Assembly (NCBI GenBank): GCA_002269645.1
Contig: NIVC01001029.1
Span: 62,001-126,000, forward strand
Reading direction: 5' to 3'
DNA: 64,000 bases
From: Macrostomum lignano
Taxonomy: Eukaryota
A program made the translations under genes and the position numbers. Positions 13,101 to 27,230 of this stretch are shown here, piece after piece. The notes beneath the pieces were generated by a model. It was not told the DNA's origin. It searched no databases and saw only the letters and a program-made list of their open reading frames with translations. The number at the start of each line of letters is the position of its first letter. Positions within the stretch are counted from its first letter, which is position 1.

Positions 13101-13522
13101 TTACATTATAAATATTCCCTTTGGCTTAAGCTTTTATTGTAGCCTGATCTATAGATATTTATCCATTAAATAAAGCAAGTAGCCTAGGCTTTAGGCCCTA
13201 GCACAAAATAAATACCTTGTTGCATATTGATTACATTTTTGCATAGCATTTTTTATGAATATGATTGATTAAACATGATTAATATAATAATTACCATTAT
13301 GTTGCAAATTAATAGGCCCTAGTATATACAGAGTAAATAATAATAGAGATTCAATTTTGCAGTCATCTTGGTATGTGGCCATCTTGGCCTTAAACCAATA
13401 ATGGTAATGATCAACGATCAACAGCACACATCAAGTTTTGAGAATTTGAAAAATTAGTAAAAATTACCTGCTGTTGACTCCACAGCGAGTATCAAAAGAC
13501 CTAATGAGAACAACACTCGCAT
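7136..13522 (-). CDS. PSAP: Prosaposin-like protein, 590 aa: signal peptide, SapA, five SapB domains
   Basis: Exons 13522-13468 (MRVLFSLGLLILAVESTA signal), 12588-11861 (QNRCTWGPSYWC SapA + SapB1 + most of SapB2), 10508-10407, 10240-10094, 9111-8479, 7243-7136 (TIGLC...PLI*). All introns are GT-AG, phases are consistent, total 1773 nt. Each SapB has the C-x2-C...C...C...C-x5-C pattern. AATAAA at 7074-7079 (-). Confidence 0.92.
7311..8430. repeat. G-rich 48-bp minisatellite filling the last prosaposin intron
   Basis: Unit GGAGAGTTGAGGGGCAGGAAGGGACGGGAGTGAGGTGGGTGACTGGCT, about 22 copies. Confidence 0.97.
9350..10075. repeat. Intronic minisatellites: 20-bp (GAAATTATGGATCATTTAGG-like) then 23-bp CAGAGCTGAGATTCGGGATCAAT
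   Basis: Direct inspection; lies in prosaposin intron 9112-10093. Confidence 0.93.
10713..11787. repeat. Intronic minisatellite, 29-bp CATCTAGCTACCAGAGGCCTCACAAACTT
   Basis: About 37 copies in prosaposin intron 10509-11860. Confidence 0.97.
12942..13387. mobile_element. MITE-like element in prosaposin intron 1
   Basis: 24-bp inverted repeats CCAAGATGGCCACATACCA(T/A)GATG (23/24 match) at 12942-12965 and 13364-13387 around an AT-rich core. No clear TSD. Confidence 0.45.
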
Positions 13523-14489
13523 TGCAAACAAAAGAAGTTGAAGTTTTCACAGATAAAATGTTAATGCAATTGAATAACCTGGTGGTGAAATAGAAATTAA
13601 AGTGTAAAAATTCCACTTTTACGAACAATTTAAAGTGGGTGATAGGTAACAGAATTGTCACGTGATAAAATATGTTAACATATGAAACTTGTAGTTTTTA
13701 ATTGAATAGTTGTAGTCGAATAATTTGACTATTCCTTCACTAAATACCGTTTTCGAACTTAGATTTAGGAATATTCGAAGAGAATTTGTTGTACTCTTAA
13801 AAATGCAAAATCAAAACCGTCGACATTATAAATACTTAATTGCTCTTGTACATGTTGATGGATGTAGTAAATAATATGAGAGTCGTTTAGTATAGTGAAT
13901 TTTTGTTTTTGTATTCTTTAAATTTTTCTAGGGGGATTAATATAGTATAGCTCAATGATATTTTAAAGCCAAAGAAAACGACACTGCGGCAAATACTTCC
14001 CGTTGCACTTGGAGATGGGAATCGGTCCAAAGGGAGTGGAAAATATGTACTGTGGAAAATGATGACTATTTGTACTGATTCTTTATCTAGATTACAGCAA
14101 TGACTTTCAGTTAAGTACACGAGACTTCCACCACAATTCTCCTCGCCTGTTCATGCAGGCCCTTCGACTACTCACCCCCATCTGATCCCATTCCGGAAAG
14201 GCTTGCCACCTCTACTTACCGTTCAGTTTGCATGTTTGACTAGCTTCGATATCTTTTTAACTTTCTTCTTGCTAACATTTCTATCTCACTCTCTCCCCAG
14301 AAAATCAGGGGGTGATAGAAGAGTGATACGTGTAGACTATGGAAAGGATAGAAAGTATACTGTGGCAGCTCATGAGACTACGGTTATTGTCAGTCCATCT
14401 GTTTCTCGAGCTGGACTAGCATTCAGCAAAAACGAGTACAGACATCGAGTCTAACAAGCTACATCTGATCAAATTAGCAGAGAGCTACC

Positions 14490-14573
14490 AATAGGGACTA
14501 TCTGTAGTATAGGGACTATAGGGACATACAGACAGACAGACATACAGACAGACAGAGACAGACAGACAAACAG

Positions 14574-14625
<52 letters not shown>

Positions 14626-14650
14626 CTAAGACAGACAGGCAGACAGGCAA
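14490..14650. repeat. (ACAG)n microsatellite
   Basis: Imperfect tetranucleotide run. Confidence 0.9.
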
Positions 14651-15134
14651 ACAAACTCATAATTAAATTATTGCAACAATTACGAGTGCTCGTAATATAC
14701 GAGCTAGCCTGTAGTAGTTGAAAAGCGAAGTACATTTTGAGGCAACTTCTCTCAGTCCCGCCATTATTGATTTTATTTACGCCTAAATTGCAATTATCCT
14801 ACACGCAGAAAACATTCGTCAGCAGTTACGCGTTATTGCAGTCAGAGGAAAAGCGTGCGAATACAGAAGTCCACTGCGAGCTGCAGACTAAAATAATAAA
14901 TGGATAGCAAATTTAAAATATGGCTGGCACATTCGCTGATCGATAGCATTTCGAATAGTTTTCGAGAAAAAGAAAGAAAAAATGTTTTAAATCCGGTTAA
15001 TAAATCGAATTTCTAGAAGCTTCTCTAGTGGAAATTTCGCTAAGCTGGAGGAGTGCAGCGAACTGAAAGATTCGATTCCGAGTACATCGAGTAAATGAAC
15101 GAACAGAGGTGCACTGGATTGGAATTGTGTCATT

Positions 15135-16252
15135 GTTGATTGGGGGTGTCATATTTGATTGGGGGTGTCATATTTGATTGGAGGGTGTCATATTTGATTG
15201 GAGGGTGTCATATTTGATTGGAGGGTGTCATATTTGATTGGAGGGTGTCATATTTGATTGGAGGGTGTCATATTTGATTGGAGGGTGTCATATTTGATTG
15301 GAGGGTGTCATATTTGGTTGGAGGGTGTCATTTGATTGGAGGGTGTCATATTTGATTGGAGGGTGTCATATTTGATTGGAGGGTGTCATATTTGATTGGA
15401 GGGTCTCATATTTGATTGGAGGGTGTCATATTTGATTGTAGGGTGTTAGCTTTGATTGGAGGGTGTCATAATTGTTTGGAGGGTGAGTTTTTTTATTAGA
15501 GTGTCACTTTTGATTGGAAGGTATCCTATATGATTGGAGGGTGTCATATTTGATTGAAGGGAGTCATACTTGGTTGGAGGGTGTCATATTTTATTGTAGG
15601 GTGTCATATTTGATTGTAGGGTGTCATATTTGATTGTAGGGTGTCATATTTGATTGGAGGGTGTCATATTTGATTGGAGGGTGTCATATTTGATTGGAGG
15701 GTGTCATATTTGATTGGAGGGTGTCATATTTGGTTGAAGGGAGTCATACTTGGTTGGAGGGTGTCATATTTGATTGTAGGGTGTCATATTTGATTGGAGG
15801 GTGTCATATTTGATTGTAGGGTGTCATATTTGATTGTAGGGTGTCATATTTGATTGGAGGGTGTCATATTTGATTGGAGGGTGTCATATTTGATTGGGGG
15901 GTGTCATATTTGATTGGAGGGTGTCATATTTGATTGGAGGGTGTCATATTTGATTGGAGGGTATCATATTTGATTGGAGGGTGTCATATTTGATTGAAGG
16001 GAGTCATTTTTGGTTGGAGGGTGTTAGCTTTGATTGGAGGGTGTCATATTTGATTGGAGGGTGTCATTGTTGATTGGGGGGTGTCAGATTTGATTGGAGG
16101 GTGTCATTGTTGATTGGGGGGTGTCATATTTGATTGGAGGGAGTCATATTTGGTTGGAGGGTGTCATATTTGATTGGAGGGTGTCATTGTTGATTGGGGG
16201 GTGTCATATTTGATTGGAGGGAGTCATATTTGGTTGGAGGGTGTCATATTTG
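15135..16252. repeat. Minisatellite, 20-bp GGGTGTCATATTTGATTGGA
   Basis: About 55 copies between the OSBPL2-like 3' end and the prosaposin 5' end. Confidence 0.97.
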
Positions 16253-16344
16253 AACCTCATGAGAGCGCAATCTCTTTGTTTAGTTTTATTGCTAGAAATC
16301 TACAAGAATTATTCCGATCGGTAGCAGAAACCGGCTGACGAGTC

Positions 16345-20846
<4,502 letters not shown>

Positions 20847-21969
20847 GCAGACTGCGGTGATTTCAAGCTACCGTTCCAATCGCGGTCAGTCGGCACTAAT
20901 GGTTCGAGTCCTCCCCCCTCTGGCGCTCCTGAGCGGGAGGATCAGACCACCTTTATGACTTTGTGAGCAGCGCGGAATTCGATAGCTCCCGAGAGACGGG
21001 GCTCGCAACGAGCTCCAAGGCACGTACGACACACTCTATAGTGAGGGGGCTCCGACTCTGCTATGGAATTGCTACGAGATTCCGGAGAGGGAATCGATTC
21101 CGCTCAGCCAGAGAATTTCCTATATGGAGAATAATGCCAGTATCAGCTCCGCACTAACTGAGTTTTCTGCGCGATCAACTCACATTTTCAAAGCCGAAGC
21201 CAAAGTGGGAACTGGGGTTGGGGGGGGGCGTGCGAAGGCAAAACTGAGCGCCCCCACTCCCATGCCTCCTACAACTGGCATTCTTGCGCTGAGCTGAGGA
21301 ACAAAAATACGTTTGAGCGAGCGGGTGCGTGCACACAAGTGCAAAGCTTATGGTTACACTGTAAGAAGGCTGTACGCGCAAGAAAGTACGGCTCCTTCTT
21401 CAAATGATCATGCCATTGTACCAGCTGACAACAGAGAAGAAATCTGTTTGACCTCTTTTAGCCAATTATAATTGTATACGATTTTTCATTAACGTGCTTA
21501 AAGTAGAAGAATCAATACTGTACCATAGATACTTGCCTAAGTTATACTCTAGAGGCACGGGGGTGTGGGGCGGGGTAGAGCCCCCACCCACTACCATAGA
21601 CTATTCTTCATTTTCTGGAATAACTTCAGAAATTTCCGGGCAGCTAATACCATATATTCTATGGGTTTTTCAGTCGGTATTTCACTTTAATCACATACCG
21701 ACCTAAAACCCATAGAATATCTTATACATTACTTTTGACCATAGACAGCTCTTTGTATCAATTACTTTTCGTGCTTTCTCATGCAGCCTCCCAATAAACG
21801 GGCGTTAATGGGTCCGTGCTATTTAACAGGCACAAATATTGGCCCGCCAGGCAAAAAGGCCTAAAAAGGTATAGCACAATAATCCAAAAAAGGCATGAAA
21901 CACCAATAAAAATTACATCGTCTTACAATGTTTTAATATGGTACAGTTGCAACACGTCATTACGAACTG

Positions 21970-22047
21970 GCTTTTCTGTGTCAGAGTCAGCGTACATAAC
22001 ACATCTTTCTCACACACAGAAGGTCCCCGGTTCGAGCCCGGGCGAAC
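21970..22047 (+). pseudogene. Degenerate tRNA-Val(CAC)-derived sequence
   Basis: CTCACACACAGAAGGTCCCCGGTTCGAGCCCGGGCG matches the anticodon/T-arm of metazoan tRNA-Val(CAC). The D-arm and anticodon stem are disrupted. Confidence 0.6.
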
Positions 22048-22049
22048 TG

Positions 22050-22165
22050 AAGCAATGCAGAGTTGAGTGTCTTGCTCAAGGACACAAATTGTTCTGAGTC
22101 AAGAATCGAACCCCCGACCTTCAAGTCGTGAATCTGACGCTCTAACCATGCTAGGCTACAAGCCA
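22050..22165 (-). mobile_element. tRNA-derived SINE head with CORE/V-like segment
   Basis: Minus strand reads TAGCCTAGCATGG (A box)...GGTTCGATTC (B box)...TGTGTCCTTGAGCAAGACACTCAACTCTGCATTGC, similar to the conserved CORE/V-SINE central domain. A second copy of the head is at 50358-50420. Confidence 0.6.
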
Positions 22166-22611
22166 CTAGCCTATTCTATCTAAAATCACATCTCTTTGTC
22201 CCACTGGGCGCCAGTGGGATTATGTGGGATAAATGGGGATCTTAAGTCAACTCAAGGCTCCAGAATGGGAGTCGCCAACTCTACAGCATAAGCGCTGTAC
22301 TGGTTGCAACACTTCTACAGTAGTTGCGAAGCGCAGCAATCATCGTATTCGACTGAAGCTAATATAAGATCCTCATTTATCCCATATTATCAAACTGGGA
22401 CCTAGCGAGACAAGAGATGAGATTTTCGATGATTCTACAGTCATTGCGATCTAGTAGTGTGATCCGGCAGTTCAGGTACATATCGACAGGGGGAACATGC
22501 CCCTCCCCCCCAGTAAAAGCTATGGGGGACATGCCAATGCTTTGCCCCCCCCCACCCAACCTTGTGACCCGTTATGGAAATCAATAATTTCGCTTCAGGG
22601 TGACAAAATGT

Positions 22612-22905
22612 AGTGCCTGCGGCGCCAAAATAGTGCCTGCGGCGCCAAAATGAGTGCCTGCAGCGCTAAAATGAGTGCCTGCGGCGCCAAAATGAGTGCC
22701 TGCAGCGCCAAAATGAGTTCCTGCGGCGCTAAAATGAGTGCCTGGGGCGCCAAAATGAGTATACCTGCAGCGCTAAAATGAGTGCCTGCGGCGCCAAAAT
22801 GAGTGCCTGCAGCGCTAAAATGAGTGCCTGCGGCGCTAAAATGAGTACCTGCAGCGCTAAAATGAGTTACCTGCAGCGCTAAAATGAGTACCTGCGACAC
22901 CAAAT
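22612..22905. repeat. Minisatellite, 21-bp AAAATGAGTGCCTGCGGCGCC
   Basis: About 14 copies. Confidence 0.93.
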
Positions 22906-23984
22906 GAGCGCTGACGGCTGACAAAACCGATTCTGAAAATAATGCACAAGTACATGTAGAACTCTTGGCTTTGTCCCCCACCATAAAATCCATGGCGACG
23001 CCCCTGCATATCGCTTTCACTTCGGACTAAGTTGACACATCTCCTATCTGGATTGAATCCCGTGATCCCAGGATCGCAGAACGGGTGCACCAAGGTTGTG
23101 ACTGTAAAAATATATACACAACAGAGGAAAAATGAAGCGAATGCATGTTAGGTAACTCTGTAATAGGTCAGAGTCAACTGAAAGAAGATATTAACTAATT
23201 ATTGGTACATTTCCATTATTTCCATGCTTTTAAGACAAGGATTTCACAAACTTTGCTAATAAAATAAAAAACAAGCAAATTAACAGTTTCGGCAAGCAAT
23301 TGAGAGACAGAGTCACAGGCAGACCAGACCGAGAGAGATAGGGAGAGATGTAGCACTTTAAATGCAGACCCAGTCTGGATAATGTGTATATTTGAATCAA
23401 TTAGCATATATATAGACACAGAAAAATACTACTTAGCAAAGTAATAGATGTCGATAACTGTACTGCAGTTTGAGAAGTGCATATTTAATGCAATTCAATT
23501 TCAAATTCACCTATCAGGTTCAGCTGGGTCAGTAAAGGTCAATGGTGAAATTTGGGATGGAGTGGAATTAAAGAGATTTAAGAGGCGCATTAGAGCCACT
23601 AATTACATAGAGCAAATTAACCAGGCTTTTAGTGGCTCTTTCAAATAATCAAGCTTATTAATTTGCAACTATTCGTCACTGTAAAAATCAATGCAAAACA
23701 GTTCTATAGGGTTATTGTATACAAATTGAAACAGTAGTCATTGGTTAACTAATAGGTACGCAAGTAAATCTTAGGACAGCAAGAGAGAGAGCTTTTGGAG
23801 ATTTACTTATAATGTAGAGATGTAAGATGTGTATTGACGATTGACATTGCATCTGAATCAGAAGCAGTAGTGCTAGCACTCGATTCCGTTTGCCAAACAA
23901 AATTGCATGTTGGCGGATGCTATTGTTTAAAAACTTTCATGTTGTACAAATTGAAGGCAAGGACATTGGTCCGAAGTGATCTGG

Positions 23985-25135
23985 GAGGGTGTTAGGTGGC
24001 ATAGCAACTGGGGATCTGGGAGGGTGACAGGTGACATACCAGTAGCAACTGGGGATCTGGGAGGGTGACAGGTGGCATAGCAACTGGGGATCTGGGAGGG
24101 TGACAGGTGGCATAGCAACTGGAGATCTGGGAGGGTGACAGGTGGCATAGCAACTGGAGATCTGGGAGGGTGACAGGTGGCATAGCAACTGGAGATCTGG
24201 AGGGTGACAGGTGACATAGCAACTGGAGATCTGGGAGGGTGACAGGTGACATAGCAACTGGAGATCTGGGAGGGTGACAGGTGGCATAGCAACTGGAGAT
24301 CTGGGAGGGTGACAGGTGACATAGCAACTGGAGATCTGGGAGGGTGACAGGTGACATAGCAACTGGAGATCTGGGAGGGTGACAGGTGGCATAGCAACTG
24401 GAGATCTGGGAGGGTGACAGGTGGCATAGCAACTGGAGATCTGGGAGGGTGACAGGTGACATAGCAACTGGAGATCTGGGAGGGTGACAGGTGACATAGC
24501 AACTGGAGATCTGGGAGGGTGACAGGTGGCATAGCAACTGGAGATCTGGGAGGGTGACAGGTGCATAGCAACTGGAGATCTGGGAGGGTGACAGGTGCAT
24601 AGCAACTGGAGATCTGGGAGGGTGACAGGTGCATAGCAACTGGAGATCTGGAGGGTGACAGGTGGCATAGCAACTGGAGATCTGGGAGGGTGACAGGTGA
24701 CATAGCAACTGGAGATCTGGGAGGGTGACAGGTGACATAGCAACTGGGGATCTGGGAGACTGGCGGTGACTCACTAATTGAGGATCTGGGAGGCTTGCTG
24801 TGACCCACTAATTGAGGATCTGGGAGGCTGGCGGTGACCCACTAATTGAGGATCTGGGAGGCTGGCGGTGACTCACTAATTGAGAATCTGGGAGGCTGGC
24901 GGTGACTCACTAATTGAGGATCTGGGAGGCTGGCGGTGACTCACTAATCGAGGATCTGGGAGGCTGACGGTGACTCACTAATTGAGGATCTGGGAGGCTG
25001 GCGGTGACTCACTAATTGAGGATCTGGGAGGCTTGCGGTGACTCAATAATTGAGGATCTGGGAGGCTGGCGGTGACTCACTAATTGAGGATTTGGGAGGC
25101 TTGCTGTGACTCACAATTGAGGATCTGGGAGGCTG
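23985..25135. repeat. Compound minisatellite: 35-bp unit (to ~24760) then related 34-bp unit
   Basis: ATAGCAACTGGAGATCTGGGAGGGTGACAGGTGGC (~22x) then AATTGAGGATCTGGGAGGCTGGCGGTGACTCACT (~11x). Confidence 0.95.
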
Positions 25136-26117
25136 GTTCTAGAATGAGGCAGCATGATAAGCCACTGCAGCAAAATTGCAGCAACACTGCAACAATAGCT
25201 TGCCTAGCCCCCGCTTTATCAAATCTAACACGAGAATTAGAATTCCAATACTAAATTGCCTACACACTACTGCAAGTAGAGCAATCGGTAAGCAGACAGA
25301 GTAAAAAAGCGAATATATGATACTCAAGCATCAGCAGACAGTCAAAATCAAACTGCGGGACAAGTAAAAAATGCAAATTAGAAACAAACTGGACAGAAGC
25401 AGAGAGAAAGCAAGAGACACAGATGAGACAGTAAAAGAAGCAGAAAACTTAGCCCGATACAAATTGGCTTCAAGTGAAAAAATACAGTTTTGCGTTGTCA
25501 TTGGGTTTGATTTGGGCTCCTGTGCATGTAAAAGGTATACATGGGATAAGCATATGATCCGGCCATCTGCTAGGTCGGTCAGAGGCCCAGGCGGGTATCC
25601 AAATCACTGCTGCTGAAAGATTCAGATGCAGAGAAGCAAACATGTAAGCAATAACAAGTGATAGTTATGATATAAATGATTTACAACCCAAAGCCCCTCC
25701 CAAAGTCAGGTAGGGCGGAAACCGCGCATTCAATTTGATTGCTGAACACAAGCGAGAAAATTAGCATGCCATAATAGCAAGGCATGTGCCTGTCTCCGTG
25801 GGTAGTTGGGATAAAATGAACAAGTTCGTGTGTAATAAAAATGATATAGTCACAAATAAGACACAGGCTTAACAAAAACTGCAGAGATCAAGCAGCCGTC
25901 TGCGGCACATGCTTAGCTAATAAATAAAGATTTACAAATGAAGATATATGCAATATAAAGCCAGAAATAAACAAGTCTGCAAACTCAAGTCTACTGTTAG
26001 TAGTCTGTTGGAAAGTGAAGATATTGCTTACTGTTTATGAGGATTGCTTTTATAGATTTACATATAAATATAAACCTAAAGAAGAAAGGGCGAGGCAGCA
26101 AGAGACACACTGAAACC

Positions 26118-27230
26118 TCAGTCGCGGCATTTTATACAGAAGAATTCTATATCGTCCAAGTTGACGTCGTCGTCCAGGTCTGTGCACATCACGTGATACC
26201 AGCTGTTGCAGGAGTCGCAGCACACCCAGTTCACGTTCGGGTCCTTCGGCTTGATGCAGGTCAGCGACTCGCACGGCTCGCCATCGATGTGAAACTGACC
26301 GCTAGGGTCGCCGCCGCCAGCTGCTACAGCCGCCGACGACGAGCCCGAAGGCCGGCCGGAACTGCCACGCGACTGCTTCGACTGTTTAGAAGGCCGGGAG
26401 CCGCCGCCTGATTTGCTGGACCGGCTGGCGCCGCTCTTGCGCTGCGCCGAGCCGACTGAGCCGCCTTTGCCGCCGGAGTCCACCGAGGACTGCCGCTTCG
26501 CCGCCGCAGACGAAGACTTTTTAGTGTCGGACTTTTTGCCTTCGCCCGACGACTTTTTCGATGCGGAGCCGCCTCCGCCAATCGAGGCGGCCGACGACTT
26601 CGAGGCCGAGACGGGTGGCGCCGGGTGAGGCGCCATCGCCGGCGACAGGTCGTTGCTAGGCGAGCTCTGCGAAGACGACATTGACGAGTCCGGCGACTTG
26701 TCACGCGCCCGCTTAGCCGAGGCGGCGCCGCGCGAACCACCGGCCTCGCCGCCGCTCAGGCGCTTCCGGCCGCCGTCGCCGTGAGTCGCCGTAGGCTTGT
26801 GATCGCCTGACGAGGCGGGAGGTCCCGCCGGGCCAGTCGGGCTGTTCGACACCTTCTCGAACACAAACTTTAGCTCGGAACGGAAGCCGTTGACTGTGGA
26901 GCCCGGCTTGATGTTGAAGCCGTTGACGTGCCCGAAGCAGATGATGTCGCCCACGACCAGCAGCTTGGAGGACAGGATTCGGGTGTAGTTAATGTACGTG
27001 CCGTTCAGACTGTGATCCACCAGGAAGTACCGGTTGCCCTTCTCCTCTGCGCGCACCTCTGCGTGCTTTCTGCTGACCATCATCGGGTTCACCTGCGACT
27101 CGATGACGCAATCAGGCGGAGTCTTGCTGCTGGCCCGGCCAATGATGGTGGATTGGCGGCGGATTATTATAACGCTTGGCGTCTTGCCGAAGCCCTCGCG
27201 GTCGCTGATGCGGCGCAGCTGGTAGGTCAT
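26118..27230 (-). CDS. TCF19: FHA + PHD finger protein, TCF19-like, single coding exon, 370 aa
   Basis: GC-rich ORF from MTYQLRRIS, with a splice acceptor just upstream. FHA motifs IGR, VSRKHA, DHSLNGTYIN, GDIICFG; Ser/Gly/Lys-rich linker; C-terminal PHD (CESLTC..WVCCDSCNSWYHVMC..FFCIKC). This is the TCF19 domain order. Confidence 0.8.
   Translation of the reverse strand: MTYQLRRISDREGFGKTPSVIIIRRQSTIIGRASSKTPPDCVIESQVNPMMVSRKHAEVRAEEKGNRYFLVDHSLNGTYINYTRILSSKLLVVGDIICFGHVNGFNIKPGSTVNGFRSELKFVFEKVSNSPTGPAGPPASSGDHKPTATHGDGGRKRLSGGEAGGSRGAASAKRARDKSPDSSMSSSQSSPSNDLSPAMAPHPAPPVSASKSSAASIGGGGSASKKSSGEGKKSDTKKSSSAAAKRQSSVDSGGKGGSVGSAQRKSGASRSSKSGGGSRPSKQSKQSRGSSGRPSGSSSAAVAAGGGDPSGQFHIDGEPCESLTCIKPKDPNVNWVCCDSCNSWYHVMCTDLDDDVNLDDIEFFCIKCRD

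Noticed and set aside
20895-20960. Isolated B-box GGTTCGAGTCC
   Set aside because: No A box at suitable spacing and no cloverleaf.
21970-22047. Functional tRNA-Val gene
   Set aside because: The D-arm/A box and anticodon stem do not pair; kept only as a pseudogene or SINE part.
22470-23010. MITE around the 21-bp array (G/C-run ends, CAGGGGCGTCGCC on the minus strand)
   Set aside because: Only one convincing terminus; no matching inverted end or TSD was found.
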